A stretch of 44,933 nt of DNA, from the NCBI GenBank assembly GCA_043827405.1, contig JBDRPD010000049.1, forward strand, positions 1 through 44,933. Reading direction: 5' to 3'. The notes under the pieces were generated by a model, which was given only the letters and a program-made list of their open reading frames with translations, did not search any database and had not been told where the DNA came from. The stretch is from Elusimicrobiota bacterium (lineage in GTDB: Bacteria > Elusimicrobiota > Elusimicrobia > UBA1565). The position numbers and the translations under genes were made by a program. This document shows, piece by piece, positions 35,973 through 44,933 of this stretch (its first letter is position 1; the number at the start of each line of letters is the position of its first letter).

Positions 35973-38900
35973 ATGTCATTCGCCAAACGTTTTACGCGGT
36001 TCGTCGCGCTCACCGTTGCAATTACCCTTGTTTATGCCAGTCCCGGCCTGGGCGTCTATGAGGTGCTGGCCGGTGGAATAGCCTCGCAGGCCGCCGCCGT
36101 TAAAATGACCGGCCCGAACGTCGCGCCGGTGGCGATACCGAATGCCGCGGGAATCGGCGCCGCAAATACCAATTTCACCAACAGCATCAACCTGCAGCTG
36201 GGGGCGGTGCTCCCCGGCTTTGCAAGCGCGCCCGGCGCGGTTTCCCAGGACATGGTGCGCGATGTCGGCATAGCGGACGGCGGCGTAAAGACTTTAACCT
36301 CCATCGCCGTTAGGCCGGTCGCGCCGGCGGCTTCCCTGCACAATAATTTCAATGAGAACCGTCCGTGGATGAACGGCGCGAAGAATAAGCCGCCGCGCAA
36401 GCAGGCAAGCATCGGCAAAACCTCGGCCGATGTCTACGCCGCGATCAAGGACTTCGGCTCCGTGGGCAAGGCGAATGCCGAAGCCGCCGGCTCCTTCGGC
36501 GCCAAGCTGCACCGCATCCTCACCGGCGGCCAGGTCGAATCCCGCGGCGGCGTGGTCCAGCCCGAGGGCCTGCAGGGTCTGCGCCATTTCGGCGACGGCT
36601 ACCAGTCCGAGACCGGGCCGGGCTTCTTCGCCAAGCCGGCCGGCGGCGAGTCCATCGGCGATGCGGTTCAATCCTACAACGGCGCTCATGCCGCGCCCCA
36701 TAAGGGCGCGATCGAAGACGGGGTGGAAGGCGGGGACTTCACCGCCGCAAGCTCCGGCGACGGCCGCCGGGCGCCGCTGCCGGCGCGCATCTTCGCCGCC
36801 GCCGTGGCGTCCCTTCCGGGAGCGCTGCTCGGTCTGCCGCTGCTCATGGGCGGCATGACGGTCGCGGGGTCCTTGGTTGTCGCCGCCAGCCTGGGCCTGG
36901 TCAGCATGCCCTTTTTCGGCGAACGCACCGGCAAGCTCATCCGCATCGTCCCCGGCGTGCTGATAGGCGCTCTCGGCCTCTGGACCCTCGGCGCCGGCAT
37001 CATGTCCGGAAGCGGCGTCGTCATGGGCGCGCTCGTCGCGCTCGGCGGCTGGGGCCTTATCCGCTTCGGCCAGAGCAAGAACGAGGAATATTTCGACGAA
37101 GGGAAGGTCCTCACCGCCTTCTTCGGCGCTTTGGCCGCGGTGGCCGGCGCCGGTCTCGCGGTCACGACCCCGGCGGCGCTGCTCGGCTTCTGGGCCGGCT
37201 GGCTGCCTTTCATTTCCGCGACCTCGACCTGGGCCGCCTATGCGGTGACGGGCGTCACCTGGCTCAGCTACCCGCTGGCCGGCATGCTGCTGATGCATTT
37301 GCCCGGCTGGGTGGGCGAAGGCATCCAGGCCGGAGTCGGCGGCGTTTATCAGAGCGTGCGCGGGATGTACCGCGTCCTCGGTTCGATGAAGCGCGACACC
37401 GTCCTGCGCGACCGCCTCGAGCAGTGGTCGGAAGCCAAGCTCAAGCTCTCGCACTGGAACGTCTTCAAGGTGGGCGCGGTATGGGTGCCGGTCCTGATCA
37501 GCGAGGCGGCGATGGCCGCGCTCTCGTTTGTGACCGGTGTCGCGCAGGGCGTCATCATGGCGCCGACCATGTTCCTATGGGGCGCGGCCAGCGATCTGGC
37601 TGAGAAGTCGCGGGTCAATAAGTTTCTCGCCGCCTGGAACCGCTTCGTGTTCTTCAACGCCCAAGGCTCAAAGAAGGCGCTCTACAATAAGCTGGCCGGG
37701 CGGCTGATTCCCTACGCCAACTCGAATAAGACCGCGGTCGCCCTCATCGGCGGCACGGCCCTGCGGGCCGTCCAGCTCGGCTGGTGGGCCTACACGGTGG
37801 CGGCGACGCCGTTTCTCTACGTGATCGGTTTCTTCCGGGCTTTCACCCAGACCGGCGGGGAGTATAGTTCCGATATCCACTATCCCGGATCGCTCAAGGG
37901 CCGTCAGCAAGGCGACAGTCCTTTCGTCAAGCCGGAGCTCGGCAAAAAGCCGGTGAGCGACCTGATCCCGCCGGGGCTCTTCGCCACCGGGCTGGCGCTG
38001 CTGCCGCTCTACTTCTTCGGGATGCCGATGCTGGGCGTGCCGTATCTGGGCTACGTTTACGCGGCGGCGGTCCTCGGCCTGGCGGCGGCGCCGATCCTGC
38101 CCGGCAGGACGCCCAAGCTGGTTCGGCAGCTGCCGGGATTTCTCATGACGGCCGTGGGGCTCGGCGCCGTCGGCGCCGCGCTGTGGCTCGGCTTCGGCTT
38201 CGGCGCTCTGCTGGCGGTGGCCAAGACCAATATGTTCTGGATGGGGCTGGTCGCGGCTTTCAGCGGATTGGGATTTATCAATAACATCACCAAGCTGGCC
38301 AGGGAAGACAATAAGCGCTGGTACTCGGTCGATGATCCGGAATATATCGGCGCCTTCTTTGGCGCGCTCGGCGTCCTCACCGGTATCGGCCTCGCCTTCG
38401 CGGGCGTTAGCGGCTGGATCACCGGTACCTTAATGGGCGCGGCCTATCTGTCGAGCGGCCTGCTCCTCATGCATCTGCCGATGTGGCTGTGGACCGGCGT
38501 CGGCGTCGCCTTCGAGGGCTTGTGGTACAGCATCAAGAGCTTCCATCGGGTCATCAACTTCTGGGACCGCGACACCAAGTTCCTCGACAATATGAAGAAG
38601 CAGGCGCGGTACCACCTCGACGGCAGCCTGTGGAGCGTGGTCGCCAACGCCACCTGGCTGTCCCTGATCTGGGTGCCCACCGGCTTGGTGATATTGGCGG
38701 AGTATGCGGCGGCTCTCGCCCTGGGCGTGGTCATGGGCGTCATCCGCGCGCCGGTCAACTGGGCCTGGGGCGCGGCCTACGACATCAGCCCCGACGCCAA
38801 GCTGACGCGCTTTATCGCGGGCTTTGCCAAGTCCTTGGCCCTTAATTCCGAGGGCTCGAAGAAGACGGTGTTCGACAAGTGGGTCGGGCGGCTGATCCCC

Positions 38901-39134
38901 GCGATGAACGAGAAGGTCTCGCCGAGCGGCCGGCCGTCGGTCAAGGCGGCGCTGGCCATGATCGGCGCGCGCTTCCTCCAGGTCTTGTGGCTGGCGCGGC
39001 TGCTCCTGTGGTCGCCGGTCATCTTCATCAAGGCGCTGATCGACGGCTTCAAGAATGCCGCCGGCGTGAAGGACAAGAACCCGGAAGAAGGCGGCGGGTA
39101 CGGCGATCCGGACGATCCGGACCGTATTTACTGA
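35973..39134 (+). CDS. Large polytopic membrane protein of unknown function with internal duplication
   Basis: SD GAGGGG and ATG at 35973; signal-like N-terminus, ~240-aa low-complexity linker, two homologous multi-TM halves. Confidence 0.85.
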   Translation: MSFAKRFTRFVALTVAITLVYASPGLGVYEVLAGGIASQAAAVKMTGPNVAPVAIPNAAGIGAANTNFTNSINLQLGAVLPGFASAPGAVSQDMVRDVGIADGGVKTLTSIAVRPVAPAASLHNNFNENRPWMNGAKNKPPRKQASIGKTSADVYAAIKDFGSVGKANAEAAGSFGAKLHRILTGGQVESRGGVVQPEGLQGLRHFGDGYQSETGPGFFAKPAGGESIGDAVQSYNGAHAAPHKGAIEDGVEGGDFTAASSGDGRRAPLPARIFAAAVASLPGALLGLPLLMGGMTVAGSLVVAASLGLVSMPFFGERTGKLIRIVPGVLIGALGLWTLGAGIMSGSGVVMGALVALGGWGLIRFGQSKNEEYFDEGKVLTAFFGALAAVAGAGLAVTTPAALLGFWAGWLPFISATSTWAAYAVTGVTWLSYPLAGMLLMHLPGWVGEGIQAGVGGVYQSVRGMYRVLGSMKRDTVLRDRLEQWSEAKLKLSHWNVFKVGAVWVPVLISEAAMAALSFVTGVAQGVIMAPTMFLWGAASDLAEKSRVNKFLAAWNRFVFFNAQGSKKALYNKLAGRLIPYANSNKTAVALIGGTALRAVQLGWWAYTVAATPFLYVIGFFRAFTQTGGEYSSDIHYPGSLKGRQQGDSPFVKPELGKKPVSDLIPPGLFATGLALLPLYFFGMPMLGVPYLGYVYAAAVLGLAAAPILPGRTPKLVRQLPGFLMTAVGLGAVGAALWLGFGFGALLAVAKTNMFWMGLVAAFSGLGFINNITKLAREDNKRWYSVDDPEYIGAFFGALGVLTGIGLAFAGVSGWITGTLMGAAYLSSGLLLMHLPMWLWTGVGVAFEGLWYSIKSFHRVINFWDRDTKFLDNMKKQARYHLDGSLWSVVANATWLSLIWVPTGLVILAEYAAALALGVVMGVIRAPVNWAWGAAYDISPDAKLTRFIAGFAKSLALNSEGSKKTVFDKWVGRLIPAMNEKVSPSGRPSVKAALAMIGARFLQVLWLARLLLWSPVIFIKALIDGFKNAAGVKDKNPEEGGGYGDPDDPDRIY

Positions 39135-39166
39135 TCTATCCCTGAAGACGTAACCCCTGAAGTGCG

Positions 39167-39199
39167 CGCGGCCCCCTTCCCCGGGGGCCGCGGTTGTTT
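39167..39199 (+). terminator. Intrinsic terminator
   Basis: CGCGGCCCCC-ttcccc-GGGGGCCGCG followed by GTTGTTT, between convergent genes. Confidence 0.7.
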
Positions 39200-41756
39200 A
39201 AGGGAAAAGGCTTCGCGCCGCTTCCGTTACCAGGCGTCCGGCATCCGGATAGCCGCGCCGCGTCAACAAAGCGCCCAGCGCCGGCAGCGGCAGGCGGCCG
39301 GCCGGGGGAATGCCCAGGGCCGCGCGGTAGAAGAGCTCCGCGTGCTGAAGATCCCGCCGCCGCAGCAGGACCGTGCCGGTCCGGACTCTTAAGTCGCGCA
39401 GTTCCCGCTCCTCCATTCCCATGAAGCGCCGCTGCTCCAGCGCCGACGGCTTGCGGAAGCGGTCGAGGGCCGCGAAGATCTCCATGTGCTGGCCGCCGTG
39501 CAGCGAGCGCGGAGCGGAGAACTCCAAAGTCGGCCGGTCGTCGGTATGCGGCGCGCCGCCCGCGGCGGCCGCGCGAAATCCGGAATCGTCGAGCCGGTAC
39601 GCCGCCGCCAGCAGTACAAAGGGGTGGTCCAATCCGGTGGAAGCCAGATCTTCGGCGATCGCGGGGTTGGCGGAGAAGACGGCCGCGAAGCGGCGGTAGT
39701 CGATGGCCAGCGGCTCTTTGGAGCCGAGCAGCATATAGTCCATATTGTCGGCGGCCAGCAGCATTTTGTGCGGGAAGACGGCGGCGAAGGTGTTAAGGAT
39801 CATCCGGAAATCCTCCGCCAGCAGGCCGTAGCCGGGGAGCCACTGGCAGTATATCCCGTCGGCGGCAAGGCGGCCGCGGGCCAGCGCGAAGGCTTCGCGG
39901 GTATAGAGGCCGGCGATGCCGGCGATCCAGGGATTGGACGGCTCCGAGGTGATGATGTCGTAGCGAATCCCGGGCGCCGCGATATAGGTTCTGGCATCCG
40001 CCAGCAGCGGCCGAAACTTCGGATTCGCGTATACCGCGCGATTGACGTCCCTGAACAGGATGGACGCCGTCAGGACGGCGGGCTCTATTTCCACGGTGTC
40101 TACGCGCTCCATGCCGCGGTGGCTGGCGAGCGCGCCGGCCGTCACGCCGCTGCCCATGCCGATCACCAGCCCGCGGCGCGGCGTGCCGGAGTGCGCCAGC
40201 ACCGGCAGATGCCCGAAGAGGCGCTGGGCGGTCATGTCGTCCGCCGTGGAGGCGTCGGCTTTGCCGTTGATGCGCAGGGTCCGGTCGCCGCCGGGGGATT
40301 CGAGGACCGCGATGGATGAGGTTATCCCGTCGCGGTAGAACAGCAGCCGGTTTTCACGGAGGCGTGAGGCGAAAGCGGAGAACGAGGCCGCGCTGCCGGC
40401 GTAGAGGAAGGTGCCGCTCGAGAGCCGGTGCGCGTCCCAAGGCAGGAGCAGCGGCGCGGCGGCGGCGAGCAGCAGCGCGGCCGCTAGCGTGCGGCCGCGG
40501 GCGGATTTCGTCCGCGGCATAACGGCGGCGAGCGCGATTAGGGTGAACAGGCATACGGCGCACTGCAGCGCACGCTCGATGCCGAGCCCGGGGATAAGAG
40601 CCAGCCCCGCGGCCGCGCAGCCGGCGGCGCTGCCGATGGTGTTGACGGCGAAGCAGGCGCCGCTCACCGAGCCGCTGCGTTCTCCGTCGGGAGAGAGCGC
40701 CGCGGCCGCCCAGGGCAGGCTGGCTCCCATCAGGAAGGCCGGGAAGAACATGAGCGGCGCGCACAGCAGGAGCTGAACCAGATGCAGCTGCCAGGGGCCG
40801 CGCAGGGTCCAGGGCTGGAGCCGCAGCATGAGGTAGGGCAGCTTGTCGAAGCACAGCATGAAAAATACGAGGCTGACGGCGATGCCGGAGCATAGGAGCC
40901 CCCAGGAAAAAAGCGTGGGCTCAAGGCGCGCGCGCAGACGGTGGAACACGACGCTGCCGAGCGCGAAGGCCAGGAGAAAGGAAGCCAGCGTGACCGTTAC
41001 GGCGTACGTGCTCGAGCCGAGCACCAGGACGAAGGCGCGCGTCCAGGCGATCTGGCAGATCATCGCCCCGGCGCCCGCGGCGCCGAGCAGCGCCAGGCCG
41101 GTCCTCCGTCCGGAAGGGCCGGCGATTTGTTCCGCATCGGCCGCCGCTTCCCGGCCGCCGGCGCCGTATGCCAGCGCCGCCGCCGCCAGGCTGCCGGCCG
41201 CCGCCGCGAGCAGGCTTTGCCGCAGGCCGCGCTCCGGGACGAGATAGAATCCGGTCGCCAGCGCCCCCGCGGCGGCGCCCAGGACATTGATCCCGTAAAG
41301 CAGGCCCAGCGGCCGGCGGTCTGTACGCAGGCCTCCCAGCCATTGGGTCAGCACCGGCAAGGTCGCTCCCATAAAGGCGGTCGGGACCAGCAGGAGCGCG
41401 ATGGAGGAAACGAACCATGCCGCGCTTTGCAGCCAGGGCGGTGCGGACAGCAGTCCAAGATCGAGAAGCCCGGTGCTCGCCGCGGCGAGCGCAGGCCAGG
41501 AGAGGAGGGCGCTCGCGGCGATTCCGGCCTGCAGCAGGGCATACGCGCGCGGCAGCGAGGCCGCGCCGTGCCGGCGGCTGATCCCGGCGCCAAGAAGACC
41601 TCCGACGGCGAGCCCCGACATGACGGCCGCCAGCACCGCCGCGACGGCCAGCGTCGTCTGTCCGCAATACAGCGAGATCCGCCGCAGCCAGAGCAGCTCG
41701 TAGGTCAGGGCGGAGAAGCCGGAAAGGAAGAAGCTGGCATAGAGCATGGTCCGCAT
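39198..41756 (-). CDS. Fused MFS-like membrane domain / spermidine-synthase-like SAM-binding domain protein
   Basis: FFLSGFSALTYELLWLR, MGATLP, LYGINVLGAAAG repeated in a second TM half; RTLRINGKADAS, LVIGMGSGVT, VEIEPAV, YDIITSEPS. Confidence 0.88.
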   Translation of the reverse strand: MRTMLYASFFLSGFSALTYELLWLRRISLYCGQTTLAVAAVLAAVMSGLAVGGLLGAGISRRHGAASLPRAYALLQAGIAASALLSWPALAAASTGLLDLGLLSAPPWLQSAAWFVSSIALLLVPTAFMGATLPVLTQWLGGLRTDRRPLGLLYGINVLGAAAGALATGFYLVPERGLRQSLLAAAAGSLAAAALAYGAGGREAAADAEQIAGPSGRRTGLALLGAAGAGAMICQIAWTRAFVLVLGSSTYAVTVTLASFLLAFALGSVVFHRLRARLEPTLFSWGLLCSGIAVSLVFFMLCFDKLPYLMLRLQPWTLRGPWQLHLVQLLLCAPLMFFPAFLMGASLPWAAAALSPDGERSGSVSGACFAVNTIGSAAGCAAAGLALIPGLGIERALQCAVCLFTLIALAAVMPRTKSARGRTLAAALLLAAAAPLLLPWDAHRLSSGTFLYAGSAASFSAFASRLRENRLLFYRDGITSSIAVLESPGGDRTLRINGKADASTADDMTAQRLFGHLPVLAHSGTPRRGLVIGMGSGVTAGALASHRGMERVDTVEIEPAVLTASILFRDVNRAVYANPKFRPLLADARTYIAAPGIRYDIITSEPSNPWIAGIAGLYTREAFALARGRLAADGIYCQWLPGYGLLAEDFRMILNTFAAVFPHKMLLAADNMDYMLLGSKEPLAIDYRRFAAVFSANPAIAEDLASTGLDHPFVLLAAAYRLDDSGFRAAAAGGAPHTDDRPTLEFSAPRSLHGGQHMEIFAALDRFRKPSALEQRRFMGMEERELRDLRVRTGTVLLRRRDLQHAELFYRAALGIPPAGRLPLPALGALLTRRGYPDAGRLVTEAARSLFP

Positions 41757-41760
41757 GGAG

Positions 41761-42678
41761 CTAATCCTTCAGCGCTTCCTCGACCGCGGGCAGCAGGGCT
41801 GCGGCGGCCAAGGCATGCGCCGCGGCGTTGGGATGGCCGTCGCTGTAGCTGACGCGGTAGCGGTGCAGCGGCCGGCCCGAAGCCTGGTAGACCGGCAGCA
41901 GGTCGACTACCCGGTAGCCGGCCGCCGCTCCCAGCTCGCGCAGCCGCCGGTGGATCGCGGCGTACTGATACTCTTCGGCTTCGTCGAAGAGCGGAAAGAT
42001 CGCCATGAGGGGCGCGATCCCATGCTCCCGGCACACCGCGGCGATCTCCCGCAGGGAACGGCTGAACTCGGCGAAGCCGGGCGCATTCGCGGCGTAGAGG
42101 CCGCGGACATAGTCGCGGTAGGGATGGGCGACGGCGTTATAAGCGATCACCAGGTAGAAGTACAGATGCGAGCGCCACAGCCAGCGCTTTTCCGTCTCCG
42201 GCCAAGGGGTCAGCGTGCGGTAGCGGTACATATCGCTCTCGGCGTCGTTGAGCGTGACGTGCAGGAGCACGGCTTTCGGGCGCAGCCGGAGGCCGTGCTC
42301 TTTGAGGTAGAGCAGCTCCTGCGCCGTGTTCATGCCGGGGCGCGCGCGGTTGAGTACGCGGAAGCGTTCCCGGCCGTCCGCGTTGAGGGCGCCTTCCAGG
42401 CGGGCAAGAGAGGTGTCCAGCCGGCCCACGCCCTGGCCGAAGGCGAAGGAGTCGCCGAGGCCGAGGATAACGGTGTGGTTCTCCAGCTCGCGCGCGTCGA
42501 GGTCCGGTCCGCGAAAGCCCTCGCGGTTGTAGCGGTAGGTCCGCCGCGGCCGCGACGGCCCCTCGCCGCCGCTGTACTCGGCCAGACGGAAGACGCGGAT
42601 GAGCCCTTCGGTCAGCAGCAGCCCGGCGGCGATCGCGCCAAGTACGAGCAGCAGTTCGGCTCGGCGCGGGCGCATCAT
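41761..42678 (-). CDS. SGNH/GDSL hydrolase-family protein with N-terminal membrane anchor
   Basis: LGDSFAFG block I, PG.NT block II, ND block III, DGHPN block V. Confidence 0.85.
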   Translation of the reverse strand: MMRPRRAELLLVLGAIAAGLLLTEGLIRVFRLAEYSGGEGPSRPRRTYRYNREGFRGPDLDARELENHTVILGLGDSFAFGQGVGRLDTSLARLEGALNADGRERFRVLNRARPGMNTAQELLYLKEHGLRLRPKAVLLHVTLNDAESDMYRYRTLTPWPETEKRWLWRSHLYFYLVIAYNAVAHPYRDYVRGLYAANAPGFAEFSRSLREIAAVCREHGIAPLMAIFPLFDEAEEYQYAAIHRRLRELGAAAGYRVVDLLPVYQASGRPLHRYRVSYSDGHPNAAAHALAAAALLPAVEEALKD

Positions 42679-44417
42679 TTATCGAGTCGCTTGAGGTCCA
42701 GCACCCAGACCCGGTCGTCATGGAAGCCCGCCGCCGCGCGCCAGCGCGGCAGCTCGAAGCCCTTGCCTGCCGCCTCGGCCGCCAGGAAGGCGTCCCGCGC
42801 CCAGAAGTTGAACGGGGTGAAGTAGACCGCCGGCTTGTCCTGGAAGTGCTTCGGGTCGACGAGAATATGGGTGACGCCGAATTCGTCGCGCAGCCTGCGC
42901 AGCGGCGCCGCATCCACCGCATAGTAGGCGTCGATGAGCGCCCGCATGCGGCGGCGCAGTTCTATTACGAATCCCTGGTAGTACGCTTCATGGTTCTCGA
43001 ATGTCACGAAGGCGCTGCGCGCGCTGACATAGGGGACATTGTCGATGATCGATTCCGGGCCCGGCCAGCCGGCGATGAGCGAATCCGCTGGCAGGGTCGC
43101 CAGATAGGGGTAGACCCATTCACCGCGATTGATCTGGACATAGTAGCCGGTCTCCGTCGGCCCGCGACCGCCGAGAAAGAGGTTCATGGCGGCGCATGCG
43201 AGAACGACGAGGAGCGGTCCCGCCCGCTTTTCCGCCCGCAGTTCGGGGAGCATATTAGGCGCGGCGGCCAGCGCCGCCGGAAACAGCACCACCGCCAGAA
43301 TGGGCACGGCATAGACCACGTAGCGCTGCGGCAGGTAGAGCGAGGGGGCTACCGCCGTGGCGAGCATATGCACCGGCAGCAGCAGGGCCGCCAGGATCAG
43401 CAGCCGGCGCACTCCGGGATGAGTCAGCGCCAAATGAAATAGTCCGGCTAAAGCGAGCAGGCCGAACAGCATGCGGAGCTTGTAGCGCTGGGCCGAGCCC
43501 CAGCGCCGCAGGGCGATAGACCAGGGCCAGCCGGTGCCTTCCAGCGATTCGCGGGCATAGCGCCCGGCGCCGTACCAGAAGCCCTGATAGGGCGGCCGGT
43601 CGACCGCGCGGTTGTAGCGTCCGTCCAGGCCGTACTCGGGATAGGCGGCGACGTCGCGCGCGCGCATCTGCGGGCCATAGGAGCGCATGCTCAGCCAGAT
43701 CGGCAGGACCAGAAAGACGGTCGCCGCCGCCGTGCCGCCCAGGAGCAGCCAGCGCTTTTGGGCCGGCCAGCTCTCCGCGCCGCCGCGGTCTTTGGCGGAC
43801 AGGAACATCCAGCCGGCGAGGGTCAGCCCGCCGAGCACCGCGGCGACGGGATAGAAGGCCGCCCCGAGAATGGTGAGCGCGGCCATCAGGCCGGGCCGGC
43901 CGGCGATCAGCGCATACGCCATCCAGGCGATGATAGGGTAGGCGAAGGCGCGCGGATGCCCGCCGGTCATGCGTTCGAGAAATATCCCGCTGCTGAGGCA
44001 GAACAGCATGGCGCCCCAGGCGGCGGCATGGCCGCCGAGCATGCCGGCGGCGGCGGCGGTTCCGGCCAGCACGAGCATGAGGAGAAGATAGGGAAGGACT
44101 TTGCTCAGCGTGCGGGGATCGCCGATTTTCGCCTGGGCGCCGTAGAGCAGTTTATAGCCCAGGGGGAGCGAGGCTTTGCGGTAGTTGTAGAGATAGTCTT
44201 CGGCCCGCGGCTCCTGCTTGTCGATGAGAAACAGCCAGGTGTACTGGCGGGAGTCGTCGTTGAAGATCAGGGGGACGGAGCCGTATTTTATATGCGCGCC
44301 GAGCGAGCTATGGCATAGCCATGCCAGGGAAACCAGGATGGCCAGGCGGGCCAGCCAGGTCGCGCGCGGGGCGGCGAAAAGCGCTTTGATTCGCTCGATA
44401 AGTCGGGCGCGGTCCAC
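42675..44417 (-). CDS. Polytopic membrane protein, possible GT-C-fold glycosyltransferase
   Basis: About 11-12 hydrophobic segments, acidic NDD motif after TM1, PRAFAYP and PQRY motifs, soluble C-terminal domain. Confidence 0.55.
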   Translation of the reverse strand: MDRARLIERIKALFAAPRATWLARLAILVSLAWLCHSSLGAHIKYGSVPLIFNDDSRQYTWLFLIDKQEPRAEDYLYNYRKASLPLGYKLLYGAQAKIGDPRTLSKVLPYLLLMLVLAGTAAAAGMLGGHAAAWGAMLFCLSSGIFLERMTGGHPRAFAYPIIAWMAYALIAGRPGLMAALTILGAAFYPVAAVLGGLTLAGWMFLSAKDRGGAESWPAQKRWLLLGGTAAATVFLVLPIWLSMRSYGPQMRARDVAAYPEYGLDGRYNRAVDRPPYQGFWYGAGRYARESLEGTGWPWSIALRRWGSAQRYKLRMLFGLLALAGLFHLALTHPGVRRLLILAALLLPVHMLATAVAPSLYLPQRYVVYAVPILAVVLFPAALAAAPNMLPELRAEKRAGPLLVVLACAAMNLFLGGRGPTETGYYVQINRGEWVYPYLATLPADSLIAGWPGPESIIDNVPYVSARSAFVTFENHEAYYQGFVIELRRRMRALIDAYYAVDAAPLRRLRDEFGVTHILVDPKHFQDKPAVYFTPFNFWARDAFLAAEAAGKGFELPRWRAAAGFHDDRVWVLDLKRLDK

Positions 44418-44442
44418 GGTGTTATTCTAGCTTTTCGGCCCC

Positions 44443-44471
44443 TTGACAGAAGGTCGGGGACAGCGCATTAT
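44443..44471 (+). promoter_or_regulatory. sigma70-type promoter for terminal ORF
   Basis: TTGACA (44443-48), 17 nt, CATTAT (44466-71). Confidence 0.45.
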
Positions 44472-44492
44472 TTAGATGCCGGATTATTTGCG

Positions 44493-44933
44493 ATGCGCTC
44501 CAAAAGCAGAATATTCCTCTTGTTTTGTATGTGCGCCGCCGCCGCTGTTTTCTCCGCGCCGGTATTCGCCTGTACGTATGACGATGACGGAAAGTTGGTG
44601 AACTGCGCCGAAGGGCAAACTCCAGATGCGCCTATGGCCGGCGGCAGCGAAGCGAAATCCGATGGCAAGCCCGACCACAAGGAGAAGAAAGGGGTGTCAA
44701 ATGGTCTCAACCAGGTCGCCGATGATGCCGTGTCGGCGGTGCAAAGAGCCGCGCATAATGTGTCCAATGGCCAGGAGAAGGGGTCCAATGTCCAGGAGTT
44801 TGATAACGCACTGTTAACAGCTCCGGCCGTCAACAATGTCGTCCAGACTATTACCGGCCTGCCGGTCGGAATCCCGCCCGCTGCCTATGCTCGTCACCCG
44901 CACCGGCGGGATAATGACGGGGGCGGCAGCTCG
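44493..44933 (+). CDS. Secreted protein of unknown function, truncated by window end (not in ORF track)
   Basis: Open frame MRSKSRIFLLFCMCAAAAVFSAPVFA-CTYDDDGKLVNC... with no stop before the window end; signal-peptide-like N-terminus. Confidence 0.7.
   Translation, partial: MRSKSRIFLLFCMCAAAAVFSAPVFACTYDDDGKLVNCAEGQTPDAPMAGGSEAKSDGKPDHKEKKGVSNGLNQVADDAVSAVQRAAHNVSNGQEKGSNVQEFDNALLTAPAVNNVVQTITGLPVGIPPAAYARHPHRRDNDGGGSS

Overview
GC-rich bacterial chromosomal window with no mobile elements. The gene style suggests Elusimicrobiota, but this is inference only. The first 16.4 kb holds the most unusual locus. It begins with a giant (>=2534 aa) repetitive surface protein ending in a T9SS/FlgD-Ig-type C-terminal sorting domain. 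Next come a sigma70 promoter and a GEMM-I riboswitch with A at the discriminator position (the 3',3'-cGAMP-type signature), then a PorV/PorQ-family barrel fused to TPRs. A stripped-down flagellar-motor module follows: a signal-peptide/FliF-RBM3-like/TM/FliG(M+C)/TPR fusion, a Pro-rich long coiled-coil protein, flbD (swrD), motA, motB and a coupled lipoprotein. No rod, hook, filament, export-gate or FliM/N genes occur in the window, and the canonical rotor-stator charge pairs are altered on both sides. I propose a flagellum-independent rotary motor serving T9SS-like secretion or surface motility (hypothesis). The rest is mostly housekeeping and envelope genes: iscS, mnmA, ddl, PBP1A, alr, hemC, mfd, two PPIases, pdxA, a Lol-like ABC module with an OM barrel, an internally duplicated membrane protein, and a GT-C-like/SGNH/spermidine-synthase-fusion cluster. 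All family calls come from motif recognition by eye; no searches were run.
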